Of a stretch of 64,000 nucleotides of DNA, positions 27,702-41,250 are shown piece by piece (within the stretch, counting starts at the first letter, position 1; each line of letters opens with the position of its first letter). This stretch comes from Lingula anatina (taxonomy: Eukaryota; Animalia; Brachiopoda): positions 32,860,001 to 32,924,000 of the forward strand of contig CM120642.1 of the NCBI GenBank assembly GCA_051362555.1. Reading direction: 5' to 3'. The translations under genes and the position numbers were made by a program. The notes under the pieces are model-generated. The model was not told the DNA's origin, made no database searches, and saw only the letters and a list, made by a program, of their open reading frames with translations.

Positions 27702-28077
27702 CGTGGGTTACAGATCAGGATGTGGATCACGGATCAATATGTGAAATACGGATCAGTATGTGAAGTACGGATCAGTATGTGAAATACGGATCCGTGTGTT
27801 GGTTCCGAATAAGCATTTGGATTACGGATCAGTATGTGGGTTATGGATTGGTATGTGGATTGCGGATCAATGTGTGGATTACGGATCAGTATGTGGGTTA
27901 TGGTTTAGTATGTGGATTGCGGATCAGTATGTGGATTCCGGATCAGTATGTGGGTTATGGTTTTGTATGTGGATTGCGGATCAAAATGTGGATTACGGAT
28001 CAGTATGTGGGTTATGTTTAAGTATGTGGATTGCCGATTAATATGTGGATTACATTTGGTACGTGGGTGACGGATCA
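27702..28077. repeat. Minisatellite, 19-bp unit (GTATGTGGATTACGGATCA) with 57-bp higher-order periodicity
   Basis: About 20 diverged units. Explains the repetitive ORFs 27760-28041 and 27779-28021. Confidence 0.9.
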
Positions 28078-28880
28078 CTTACTGATTGGTATAATAACTG
28101 AAACTGGGAAAGGTATTTCAAACCATGATTTTAGTCAGTGGTTAAATTACTGGTATAAATTAAAAAAATAACATTCTAGTGACCTGAACCATGACATTGC
28201 TACTCAGAATCATTTTACGGGATGAGCTATGGTTATTATTCTATCCCAACTTCATGTAAATAAAGATGACTTTATAATATATGTGACACAAGGATAAGGC
28301 ATAGTTTGTTCTATAAGAAAAAAACATAATTTAAACTATGTTTTTGTGTAATCAATCAAAAAATCGCTATACGATTAATAAAACGCTGTAATCATGTTTA
28401 AGTATTGCCATCTTTGATATATGATAGGGCAGTTGCAACGTGCTTGAAAATAATAGTTTGAATTATAAGGTAAGGCCTCAAAAAAAAAAACAGTATTGTA
28501 TTTGTGACAGTTGTTTCCAAAATATAGGCGTATAGCGTGATATTCAGGGAGAATATGACAGTAATGACAGCACTCCTGCCACCGTGACAGACCCCAAATC
28601 TACCCTCTATCAGAGACACTAGGTATTTCGTAGATGTTATTCTGGCTAATACTGCGTACATGTACATTTCTGTCCCATGAGAAACTTTGCAAAGAAAAAC
28701 GACGCCGTCACCCTGTCTCTGGTGGAGCGTAACCCACAACTGTCTTCAGAAAAGGACAATGACAGAAGGATGACAACAAGTCAACTAACAGTAAGGCTTG
28801 CTAAACTATACAAGATAAAAAGTGGTACCTGAAATCAGAAAGCAGTGAGGAACGTGACAACAGCATATCGATTCACTCAC

Positions 28881-29345
28881 CTCCAGTCGAGCTCTCTTTG
28901 ACAGCAACAGCTCACCGCTCACCTGCCCGAAGCGTCAAAAGTGTTCTGCGACAATATTTTTCGCGTGAAGCGTTGTGTAACACTACTGCTTTCTCGTGCG
29001 TGCGCAGTGTCACTGTGATGCGGCAACAGGCTTTCTACTCGAAGCCAGGTGCAGTGAATTGGATGACAACGGCGTCCAACGCAAAGATCCTCCCTTTTCC
29101 CGTTAATCCGCCGTCGGTCTTTCATAGATTATTCTGCCTCGCGACCCTGCCAAAACCGCTGACACCCTGCGCTCGCTTCGAAAGAGTCGGGCTCTAAGGT
29201 CGGTAACTAAGAAAAAGTCTCTCTCAGCCGCGGGAAGCTTTCGCAAGACTTGACAACACAAGTTACTGCGCTACAAGCATGTGGTGTTTTTAATTCAAGC
29301 CAGCTGGGGTTATGGTTATATATAGGCTGGAAAAGCGACCAATCA
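28881..29345 (-). promoter_or_regulatory. Putative TATA promoter plus non-coding first exon on the minus strand
   Basis: CTATATATAA (minus strand, 29325-29316), CCAAT at 29339-29343, then a ~400-bp CpG-rich block ending in GAG|GTGAGT at 28881/28880. Confidence 0.4.
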
Positions 29346-30522
29346 CAAGTCTCTAAAAGATATTTTCTTTCTTTTCTTTCTCTTTCTGAATCTAGAAATC
29401 TCGAGGGAGTGATAGTTTTCAATTTCGTGATAGGTAATTTGACATTTTGATAACATTTATTCGAACTTTGATTAGTTTATAATTGATTCACTTTATAACA
29501 AATGATGCCTTCGTACTTTTGGATTGTAAAATTACAGTAATTAATTTGCATGCTGTGGTTATTTGATCCTTTTTTCCGTTTTGCATTGATAGAAACATAC
29601 GCCTTGTGACACAAGTAATCAACACAGGGGAAAAAGGTGTGGTCAAGGTTTTTTTTTTTGTTTCCATGTTTTATACTGATATTAGGCTGCCTGTGCCCTT
29701 TTGGTTATCATACCAGTAAAATTTAGCATAAAATTATTTTCAAAAAAAAAAAAAAAATAATAATAATAAAGAAAGAAAAGAAAAGGAAAAGAGAAAGAAA
29801 ACAAGAAAACACAAAAATAGAAAAAAAAATTGTTGTGACTGCGGAAACAAAAGCTTTCCACACAGACACACATTGCTGTATATTCATACATCGTAGGTCG
29901 AGCTTTGACTGAGTCTGGGACACCACAATAATGGATAATTGATTCTGCACTTTTGCTTGTTCTTTTTTCTTTGTAAGAAAAATGTGACAAACTTTTATTC
30001 GATTATTAGATGCGGTAGGCGTTTTGGTTTTCAGCAGGCGACGCGTTGACATACTGTAATAGCTAGAAACGTGTCACCTTCCAAAAACCTCGCCACTGAA
30101 GCGGCTCTGGTCCACACGCAAGCGTCCTGGTTATCTGATGGCTGCTTAAAGCTGCGCTGATTGTTTATTATCTGATCAAGGTATTTGCTTGTTACTTTAT
30201 GGAACCTTCGGGAATCTAGTATACCGCTTTAAAAACGCTAAAATAATTTGATATTTGTTAGTTTTCTTCAGTGATCTCGCTTCAGATCCTGTGAATGCTG
30301 GTAGGTAGATCAAATGATGCCGGTAGACTCCTGCCTGTAGCTCATTTCTAGCAAAAGTTGCACGCAAGTCTCCTTAGCATTCAAATGATACACTTTATAG
30401 GTGGGCTTAAATTCTAGAAAAATCTAGAATGATTTCAATATATGAAAAAAGGGCACCTCTCTTTCGTTATGTGTGATATATTGTCACAACCTCACAAATC
30501 ACGATCTTTTCCTCTTCCACTC

Positions 30523-30557
<35 letters not shown>

Positions 30558-33500
30558 TCCAACTATCAGAAAACGAAATCCAGCCGGTCTCAGCAGATCT
30601 CGCTTAAGAGAGGAACAAAACCTTCAGTGAGACAGAAAATAGATAATGTACTGTTTGCGGGTCAGTGTACAAGCTAACAATACGTTCGGCAGGTGTACGC
30701 CTTAAAACCAGTTGTTTTACGCTAAGCCCAAGACGACGACAACACTGAATAACTGTCGCTTTTGTTTTGTCTTTTTTCCTCGGTCAATTTAACTCGACGA
30801 GATCGAACGACTGGGGAAGCCGTTTTATTCCCTTTTTTTGTCTTTTTCTTCCCTTCTCTCCAGATAAAAGTAAAGATAAGTGAATCATAAATTTAAGCAA
30901 TGAATAGGCGATTAAATAATTGGTTGAAGATAAACAAAACAAGTCTAGCTTTATGCGGCAGAAGTAAGGGTAGGGATATGTTAGTGCGGGTGGTACTGGT
31001 ATTATCTAGTCTTGTATTGGTGAGGCGCCCGAGACATTTTGCAAGTCTTGCAATTATTTTTTCCCGCAAATTTCAGAAATCTTAGAAGAGATAATGATAC
31101 ATGTATTTTCGGTCGTAGAGCACGCAGGGTATGTTGAGATCCCTCACCTCATCACTGCCTAACCTTTCTGACTTCTCTTTGCGACATTTGATGTAATTCT
31201 ATTGCAATAATGTCTGCAACATTTGCCAATGGCCCTACTCAAGTTTCATTTGTCTCATTGAAATCTTTGTGAAACTTAAGCTAGATAATGTGCCCGGAAT
31301 GCTAAACCAGTCGAACGAATTTAGGAATCACTGTGATGCCTCTTTATTTGTTCCGATTCCTTTTATGATTATTCAACTTAGTGTAGATATCTGTCATATC
31401 AAAGTCGAATTACTTATTTATTACGATGTTTAACCTACTAGCTATTAATTATGTTCTTTGGTGAATATAAAGCTGTTTTTATGTTTGCATACTGGTTTTG
31501 AGCTCTTCTCCTTCACGCTGGGGGGATGTCACGGGAACACGACCTTACCAGAGTATTAATATTGACTGATACTACCAATTTTGAGTCATTTCTCCAAGTT
31601 TCTATCGGCTTTAAATGCTTGGCTCCTGCTTAAAATAAGAACAAAGACATCGCAACTCTCCTTCTGTTTCTCTTGTTTATTTCGGGTGCACTTTCTTTCA
31701 CGCTGCGTGCATTGATATTTCTTCCGACCGAATGTGTATTTTGATAATCATTCCCCAACTATTGCCGCTATAAAGACATTGTACCCCACCCACAGTTTTA
31801 CAACGTTTATTCACCACAAATTGTGATGTCATGGTTTTTAATTTTGATTCCACAAAATGTGTTTTAAACAATGTAATCATTATCATATTGTTTTTAATAC
31901 AGTTTGATTTATATTATTAAGAATTGTATTGCTTCAGTCTACGGCCACGCTCACAGTGACAGGTGCGCGGAGCGTGTATAATGATGTAGGAGACACGTGG
32001 AATTCCTTAAGAGCTCTCGGTCTGTTGTCATCTCCTTGACCAGCGCCCCGCTGTTCCAAACAACAATGACCCTACACGGAACTGACCCCTTGCTTCAATC
32101 ACTTCTGTAGGGTCATCAAAACAATGGCTGACCGAAGCCCTTTCTGATGACCGGAACAGGCATATTGACCATGGCCTGCCCCCCCCCCCTGCCCACCACC
32201 CCTCCCAAACTAAAACGTTGTGATTTTCTCGAAGAGGCGTCTATGAAAACGCCCTAAGTTTTCGTTGCTCATAAAGGTTTGATTTATGACCTGCACCTCA
32301 TTTATAATACGCTGTATGATTTATAGTTTGTGTTAATCAAAATTGAAGGTTTGTTTTAATGATACCAGATAATACAGTCGATCATTTTCCTGAACGAAAG
32401 TAGTTTTCCTAGAGTGAGGGGAGTCACGACACATAGTTATATGTATATCAGTTCTTTGACACCATACTACTCTAAGAATTTTGCATCATAATGTTTAAAT
32501 GCTCATATCTTATAACTAACTAAATTCTATATCACAATGTTTCCCAAATTTTACAAGTTAATTCTTTACACGACAACTAAATTTAGAATATTGGCAAAGT
32601 GGAGAAAAAGATTGGGGAATTTAAAGCAAAAATGACAGAGCAAGAAAACCTTTACCTCCAACCTAAATGGAATTAGAACACCAAAAACAATTCATCCATT
32701 GGTCTCACCGTAGCTTTTGAAATTGTGATAGACAAAAGTTAGAAACTTATGAAGTCTATCCAAAATACGAAATAATTTTTCTAGTCATGACGAATGAAAT
32801 AATGATAAATGCAAAATGAGAAAGAGCAAATATGCCTTCACTAGTGTCTACATGACACTCACCGAGGCAGACGACATTTCTCTCAAGCTATTTTCCCAAA
32901 TTTAGGTTCTGGACAGTGGAGTAAAAAAGACTTAGTGTTTGGTGATAATTTTTCTTTAGATAACACACCTTCGTTTATTGACGAGCTGTAATGAAAGAGA
33001 TTACAGATAAAAATATAAGTTTGCCGTCTGAACTTCTGCCATTTTGTTCTTACCGCATTGTCCTTTAACTAAAATGATTTTCCTTCTATCATTTTGTTTC
33101 TTCTTCACTTTTTCTCTCCATCGAAAGTCGTTCCCTTTACAGAAGACTTGTTGCGTTAAAATGTTTTCAGTGTTTTTTACAAGCATTAAGTGATTGTATA
33201 TACATATATGCTAACTTTTCTTCGGCAATATTTTTTAAATGATACTTGTTTTTTTTTCTATCAATTTCAACAGAGTTATCCCTCTTTTTCCTTTTAGCGC
33301 AATTCACTTCGGAAATAAAAATACAAAGAAAATACACTTTACAATTTTATAGTTCAATGCAATAGAGTTAAAATGTACAAGAATTTTCTATGGTGCTCCC
33401 TAATGATTCTTAAATGAGTACGTTAAGCCAAATAGTTAGTAGAGTGTTAATTTGAATCACCCAAGGTCAAGACACTCACATAAGATCGAGTTTTCATCGA

Positions 33501-35430
33501 CTTTTTGCTTATTTGACTTAAATAACACGGACAGGCGCCAAGGCATAGTCATGTTTAATAAATCTCAACATACACTACAGAGAGCCACAATACAAAGTTA
33601 GTTCGACATGGATGGAACAATATTTGGTGTAGTTTATCCAAAGACCACGGGAGGGCAAACTCCTTGATGTGGTCAGTGGATTAAATAAACTCTTTCAGCG
33701 TTTGAAAAACAGTATTATTGGTCAATTTATTCTGCATTTTATTTAACAAATGTATCAAAATGTATCTATTTGACTTGGGCTGATAACATCAACTCGGAAT
33801 TGTCCGGGCGGAGCATCGATTAAATAGAACAGTACTGCTGTGTCTTGCAACCGGGATGGATTGCAAATAATTCTTTTGTCACGTTTAGACAGCAGATCTC
33901 GCTAATAAAACGCAACAATTGGGCAAAATAAACATCACTTAGGCTCTCAATTTCTCAATTGTATGTGTTAAATGTTACTTAAAAAGTTGCTTTTCAATTA
34001 CAGCCCTCTGGTTGGTCGTATCACGTGACCGGCGGGACAGATAGCCCCAAGGAGAAGAGGAAAGAAAGAGGAGGAACTAATAGTGATATTTGTTTCCAAA
34101 GTTAACAGAGACTTGGGCAACGTTATGACCATTAGATAAATTGAATTTCCACACAACCCAATATAGTTCAATTGTGGATTTTCACGTACTGTGTACGTTC
34201 CAAGACGATTAAATAAAAGCTTACAGCGTTTGCGTTCTTGACCTGAAAGTTGTATTGTCTAGGAATGACTTACATTATTTGTAATCGTTTGACCTTTCGA
34301 AGTCGTTGTTTAAGCAAATTGTAAATTAAATTTGAAATGTTTGCTGTGTTTAGAAACCCCGGTTCAAATTATTTCGAAGTTATTTAAAACATGTTCATGT
34401 TTTCGAAAATTGTCCATAGTGAATTAGTTAAATGTGTCTTAAAGCCGTTTGTTATTTCTTAATTTTAATAAAGAACGAGATAATTAATAATTATTCCTTA
34501 TGAATAACCAGTCCGCTGTTTCGAGTTTGTAAAAAAGACGTTTTTCTTTTAAAAAGTTTGAAAACATACGTACGAAAATGCGTCCTAAAAGCGATTAATT
34601 AAAAAAAAATTACCAAAACGCTATACGTATCTGTTTCTATGGTCCAGTCAGTCTCAGACATGCAAACTACTAAATGTTTTGAACACTTGTTGAACATTGC
34701 AAACACGCGCTCAAACACGACTCAGTCTTGTTTTTACTGCCGGGAGAATGCTATATTATTGTGTTTTATGTAACAGAGATATCCCCGATACACCGACACA
34801 TTAAGACTGTCATATGTGTTCTATACATACGTTGTCATTCATGGTTCTTTTTTCATTCACAAATTATGTGGAGAGCAATATTTTATCTGTTTCGGTTTTT
34901 CAGTGACACTTTGCGACCCTTTTAATCATAAATATCTTGCTGTCAAAGGAAAGAAAGAAAATAGACCGTTTAACAAATACATTAATAGAAACTCACGCAC
35001 AGGTAAACAACTTCTTCACAGCATAAGCTATGTGTAAAGATATAAAAGGATAGGTGGTAGTAAAGAAACGATCTGTGATCTCCTCAAAGACCTGACCGCG
35101 TGCCTAATGACACGTGAGAGCGATGATAACCATATGGCATCACGGCATTGAAAAAAATACCAATGTCTGTCTATTTCTAGACTTTTTAACCTTAAAAAAA
35201 TTAATGTTCAGCTGGTCCCTTCCAAAAACATGTTGTACATTTCATTTTCTATCATCTCAAAGGGAATAACTTGTACTTCATCCAATTAACCAACTGCTGT
35301 CAGTCGACCAGACGTATGATGGAATGGCGAGAGCACGGCATCGACTCATTAAACTGAAAATCGAACGTCTTCGTTCTCCGCGCTCCGTCAATTAGGGCGA
35401 CATGATGTTCTCTTCTGATGGAGCACGTGC

Positions 35431-35465
<35 letters not shown>

Positions 35466-36389
35466 GGCTTTTTCCTTGATCTATCTGATAACTCTTTTGA
35501 AATGCTTACATTGATCTCTTCCTCGATCAGTTAGGTTTTTTTTATCTCGATAATCAACTGCGTTATTCTGTATTCCTTTAAAAAGTCGAGGTTTTTAGTT
35601 TTATTTTCATACACATCATCTCAGAATAGGGTCGAGTTAGCGCTAAGACACCTGCCCATGTTTTCTACCCACAGCCAATGGGAAAACGGTTCCCTTTAGT
35701 TTAAGCGTATCTATTAATGAGATCGCAAAGATGAAAAAAACGGTAGCGCGATTTATCTATTCACTTATCAAACTGTTAGATTACTTCTTTCACTTATTCA
35801 TTTATCCATCCCGTCTGTCTGTCTGTCTCTCTGTCTGTCTGCCTGTCTGTCTAGTTACCTGTCCGGCAGTCCATCACTTCTTCTATCATCTATCATATTT
35901 TGCTTGCCTAAAGTTAGGAATGATTTTAATAATTTCACCTTTCTAATGCAACTAGTTGGGTATGATTTTAATAATTTCATCTTTCTACTGCAATTACATT
36001 TAATTATCATGCACATAAATAGAGAACGGAATTGAAATGAAACAGTGGGCTTAAAATAGGGTGTTTATCAAAAGCACTAATTTCCGATTTCCTGAGATTG
36101 CTCTTAATTTCTAATGCTTATGATTTCCCAGTAATCATTTTTAATTTAATTGCTTTATTCTGCAGTTACTGCTAGTTGAAGCGCAACGGTAGCGCTCGCA
36201 AGTTACCGGATGCTACTATTTTGAATTCTTAGCGAGGAATCAGAGTTAATAACGGGTTTCCGCCAATACAGTGTTTTAATTTATAACTCTTAAAATGCCA
36301 TTCCCAAGCTGTGGTCTGATTACCCATAAAAAATCGTTCTTTTATAATTTATATTTATATTTTAGTCACCAAAATTGTCGTTTTAAGAA

Positions 36390-36432
<43 letters not shown>
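36390..36432. repeat. (ATT)n microsatellite
   Basis: About 14 perfect trinucleotide units. A similar (AAT)n run lies at 60551-60593. Confidence 0.9.
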
Positions 36433-36433
<1 letters not shown>

Positions 36434-39400
36434 GTATTCAATGGGTCCAGGTTTCCTGTACGTGTATTACAGTGTCGGATTCTCTCATCTTTCTTGTTAG
36501 CGTCTTGTCAAAATCGATACAACCATCTCATTATCGAATGAAAGAAATGAAACGCGTGGCGTTATAATGGGTATCATTATATAATTTTTCAATTAAACTT
36601 TGGGCCACCCGTGAGTGCCGTCTATAGCATTTCTATGACAGGAGACTTTTTCTCATTAAAATATAAACCCACTCAATGTTGAACAGTGGTATTGATGTCG
36701 GTATTAAGAAGTATATTCTGGTTCGTAAGAGCTGTATTACGTAAAATCTGACGCAGGTGTTTCTATGACGTGAAAAGAATGCAGTGGATGCGTCCAAGTC
36801 AGTTACGCGCTAGTGAGGAATTTATTCTTAAATTCCCAAAAATTCATTCAAATAAAACCAATGATCACCATTATTTAATAACTATATATTTATTTGTGCC
36901 AAAAAAATTGCACGTGGGTTGTAAGATTAGAAATATGTGATCATCATAATAAAGGACAAAGCTTAGTATGATTTTATTGTGCTCTAATTGTATTGCAATA
37001 TTTTTAGCAGACGAATGTTGACGCCTTTCTGCTAATGGAAAAAACAGCAATTTTAAGAAACAATTTCAAGTTATTATCCAAAAATTCAAGTAATAAAAAA
37101 GGGGAAGTCGCTCAGCTTTAACGAGATATGCCAGGAATAACCAATTCATGCGGTATTCTGTCTCCTTAATTCCCAATCAAATGTATCAAAGGTAAAAGGA
37201 CCTCTTTGTGTACAGTGGCGCGTGACCTCCGCGTCAGTCCTCCGCCCTAATTAAATCCCTGTGATTAATGTCTTATTCTTTTGGTCAGATTTCATACAGC
37301 CATTCTTTTAACAACGAGGCACGTTTCACGTCAACGCCTTCTTTCAACACCCCGTGAGCATAGGGTAGCTTTGTGTGAAAAAATCTGAAACCCAAGTTTA
37401 TGGCTACAACAACTCAGAGGTGCAAACATTCAATATCTCAATCAATGTGTACATTTCCAGTATTTCGTAGATATTTATTAATAGAAAACAGTTGGGAGTA
37501 AGTGAGCCCGGATATTTCATTGGATTCATTTGAAGCAAACAAGTGAATAAATTAATTAAATATTATTTCATATGCTCGCTATATGATGTTTTATGAGACA
37601 TTATCAATATACTTTTTACATATCATTTCATATAATTTTTAACTACTTTCATATGATTTTCAACGAAAATAAACTTGAAACTCAACTATTACCTTTAATT
37701 CTCAACTAATTCCTAAATATAGTGTGAACCTATTTTTCCTAAACTATTTTACGAAAGTTCTTATCGATTCTAACTTTTTCCGTGTTCTCGTTAGAAATTG
37801 TACGTTAATTCACTTCCCCCGCTGTGACATATTTAACTGTAATTAATACACGTTTATAAATCTCTACATCTCTTCTTGACGTCAGTCCGGTATCTTAATT
37901 AAATAAAACCTATTAGTAGCCGCATTGCTAAACTTGACTTCAGGTTAATTGAGCTCGGTAGAACTATCTTGACAAACAATATCGGCTCATCGGTTTGATC
38001 AGGCCAATTATGTTCATTAATACCGGTCATTAAAATTGAATTTATTTTGATATCGGAACTTTAAAATATCCGCACCCTTGCAGAGCGCCTTGGCAAAGGC
38101 ATTAGACACGATAAATTGAGCTTTTTAGTGTTCCTCATTAGCAGACTTATCTTTAAACCAACTAAACCTGTAGAAAGAGCGGAAGCCTTAAGGTTTGCCA
38201 TTATTGTTTTCTTGGAAAATGTAAATTTAAAGCTCCAACGTAGGCTGCGTTCGCGGGGTTAAAGAGACTAATCTGCTTTTGTTTTAAGGGTTGCAGCTCC
38301 GAGGTCGATGAGAGTAAACTTTTTTCGCCGGTTCTAAGCGACTAGGTGTGGCGTTGTTTTACCTCAGTTATTTTGAAAGCTAATGAGTGTAGCGATCTTG
38401 TATTCTCGTTTCAAATGGCATTTCAAAATTAGGTCCTAATGCGTTCGCGGGAATGTACTTTCGTTTCTGAAATGCAGGTCTTATAGAAATATTTGAAAAG
38501 ACATCAGGCGTTACTTTTTAACATTTTCACATTACACGCTCTTTATGTTTTCAGATGCACTACATCTGATTCCTGGAAGATGAACATTTAGCAATGATTT
38601 ACTGTAATCGTCTCAAGCTATAAACAAGGCGTAGCAAATGTTATATTTACCGTGCTCAGTGCCACTAAAGATACACTAAAATTATTCCGCTGTTTAACAT
38701 TTAAATGCATTATGTAAACAAGGTTCCTTTTTGTTTTTGTTATTTTTGTTCTACTGTTTGTTTGTGTCTTTTTCTTTTTTTCTTTTCTTTTATTTTGTAT
38801 TTCATTCTTATATTTCTTTTTTTACTTCGGGGGAGTTACAATGAAAGAGGCAGATAATATCCTACCAGAGTAATCAGACCCAACGCGTTCAGTCAGCCGT
38901 ACAGGAAATATCTTCTGCTTCAGAAACTATCAGCAGTGACATCGAACAAAATTACTTGCCTAATCTAAGATTTCTAAAATAACATTTTTCTGTTTCCCTA
39001 TTCCGCTTTCCATTTTGCATCAGATTACGTGAAATCTACAACTGTCAACGCTAATAAAACGAGGCTCCGTTTCACGTGCATCTGCCCTCACCAATCTCGG
39101 CGTGCTAGAGAAGGTCACTTCGGGCTATCTTGGGAAGTCAAATACCTCTTTTTATTACGGAGGGTGAGGGGGCAGGTGGCGCTCTGTCTCTTCATTCAAC
39201 ACAGGACTTACGAGAAGACAAAATCCCAGTTACCCAATAATGTGAAGTTAAACGCAGAAAAAGCTAGTAATTTAAAGATTATTTTGATCGGGAGGGGGTT
39301 TTATTATACGTATCTGAAAGCTCCGAGCTGATATTTAGTGTTATTATATACTCAAGCATTAAAATGTGCAGTCAAAAGAGTCCTTAAAGGAGGTGTAAAT

Positions 39401-40103
39401 ATGACGGCTGCTTTGATGGTCTATAAGTCCTTAACTTATATTAAATCATTAATAAAAACAAAATTGAAAATGCTATGATAACAGTTATTTTATTCAATTT
39501 TAATTTTCCATCCTTTCGTGTAAAATTGCACTTTCCCTGAATACTGGAACATTTTTCAAAATTCTTATCTCCAAGCATTACCTTTGTGAAAACCAATCCT
39601 CAACTCAATATTATACGTGTGCCCGAGAAGGCGGCACGCCAGGAGTTCGATATGAGCAAATTAAGATTTGGTAAGATGCTATTTTCCATTACCTTCAGAC
39701 ATTGCCTGTCATTGAGATTACTTCGAACATCACACGACACGTGCAGGGATACCGCATTCTGCCAATCCTATTACCTTGTAATTACTACCTGTCAGCGGCA
39801 CCCGGAAAGATCGTATCTTTTTTCTGTCACAAACATGCTTTTTGAGCACGGTGGGTTTTGGACTTTGTGGAAATCAGACCGGCAAAACATCGGACACACC
39901 TGTCGCAGGCTACATTGTTGTTTCTGAATTAGTGTTTGTGGCTTTGTGCGTGGGCGTGCGTGTGTGTCGTCACTTTTTTTGTGTGAGCGCGACTGCGTGT
40001 GTGTGTGCATGTGCTTGAGTATCTTCGTAGATGGAGGGAGGGGCCGCAATAAGATGAACAGCAACTCCCGGGCGAGCTTCTTCACGTTATAATAACATGT
40101 ATA

Positions 40104-40353
40104 TCCAGCAATAGCCTGCGTGGAAAGGTCCAGCAATAGCCTGCGTGGAAAGGTCCAGCAATAGCCCGCGTGGAAAGGTCCAGCAATAGCCCGCGTGGAA
40201 AGGTCCAGCAATAGCCCGCGTGGAAAGGTCCAGCAATAGCCTGCGTGGAAAGGTCCAGCAATAGCCTGCGTGGAAAGGTCCAGCAATAGCCTGCGTGGAA
40301 AGGTCCAGCAATAGCCTGCGTGGAAAGGTCCAGCAATAGCCTGCTTGGAAAGG
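40104..40353. repeat. Minisatellite, 25-bp unit x10
   Basis: TCCAGCAATAGCCYGCGTGGAAAGG in head-to-tail copies with no spacers. Confidence 0.95.
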
Positions 40354-41215
40354 TGGGGTACATGTATGGCCAGATATTTCACTTGTTGGATAAAACTGAA
40401 AAATAAAGTCACATAAACATTCCACACGTTTTATTACACAGTAATTTTACCTTTACAGACAGTGTTTGTTCCCTTGGAAAACAACTCTCTTTTCTGATAG
40501 ATTTTACTCAATTGTTGTGTATTTTTTCCCAGAAAATTAATTAAACTTGAACCTTTGAGAGACAACTTTTTGCTTCGTATTTTGTACCCCCCCCCCCCCC
40601 CCGATATCAGAGGCTTCTAAAACAGTGTACAAAAGGGGCTTCTAAAAATAAGCAAAATTAAATGTGCCAAGCAAAAAAATTTGTAATAGACTACCAGTGC
40701 ACCGTGTCGGCAGCGGGTGCGATATTTGTAGCGATATTTGTGACGTCATGGATTCAGAAAGGCGAAAAGAAGGCGACATGAGGTGGAAGGACTCATACGT
40801 ATCTGGTCGCCTGGTTTGCAACCTTTGCGATGATGAATAAAATACATTGTTTTACATCATTAATAATGATTTTGAATGAAATGAGTTTATGAATGCAGAA
40901 AGTTTTATAATACTCTTGCGCCGGACTCGTAAGAATAGATTTCGTAAAATTTCTGGGAGACCTACAGGTCAGTGATCTCAGGTGACCGTCACATCAGACC
41001 AGTGAGATGATTTGCTTCTTCTTGTTAACTAGCTGTCAGGACAGTTCATCATTGGAAGAATAAATATGGCCATATACAATGATAGCTGTTACATTCACCA
41101 AAAAGATGCTCGTCCCGATACTTACAGCGTCTCTTAAGCAGTTGATGATTAACAGCAAAATGATTCATGCGTACAAAAACGTATTTGTTACAAATTTTGC
41201 TGATTGAAAGCGTCC

Positions 41216-41250
<35 letters not shown>

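Noticed and set aside
40104-40353. 25-bp repeats as a possible CRISPR array, and repetitive ORFs 39792-40427
   Set aside because: Units are head-to-tail without spacers, the context is eukaryotic, and the ORFs are repeat artefacts. The same applies to 8273-8537, 27702-28077 and 43308-43527.
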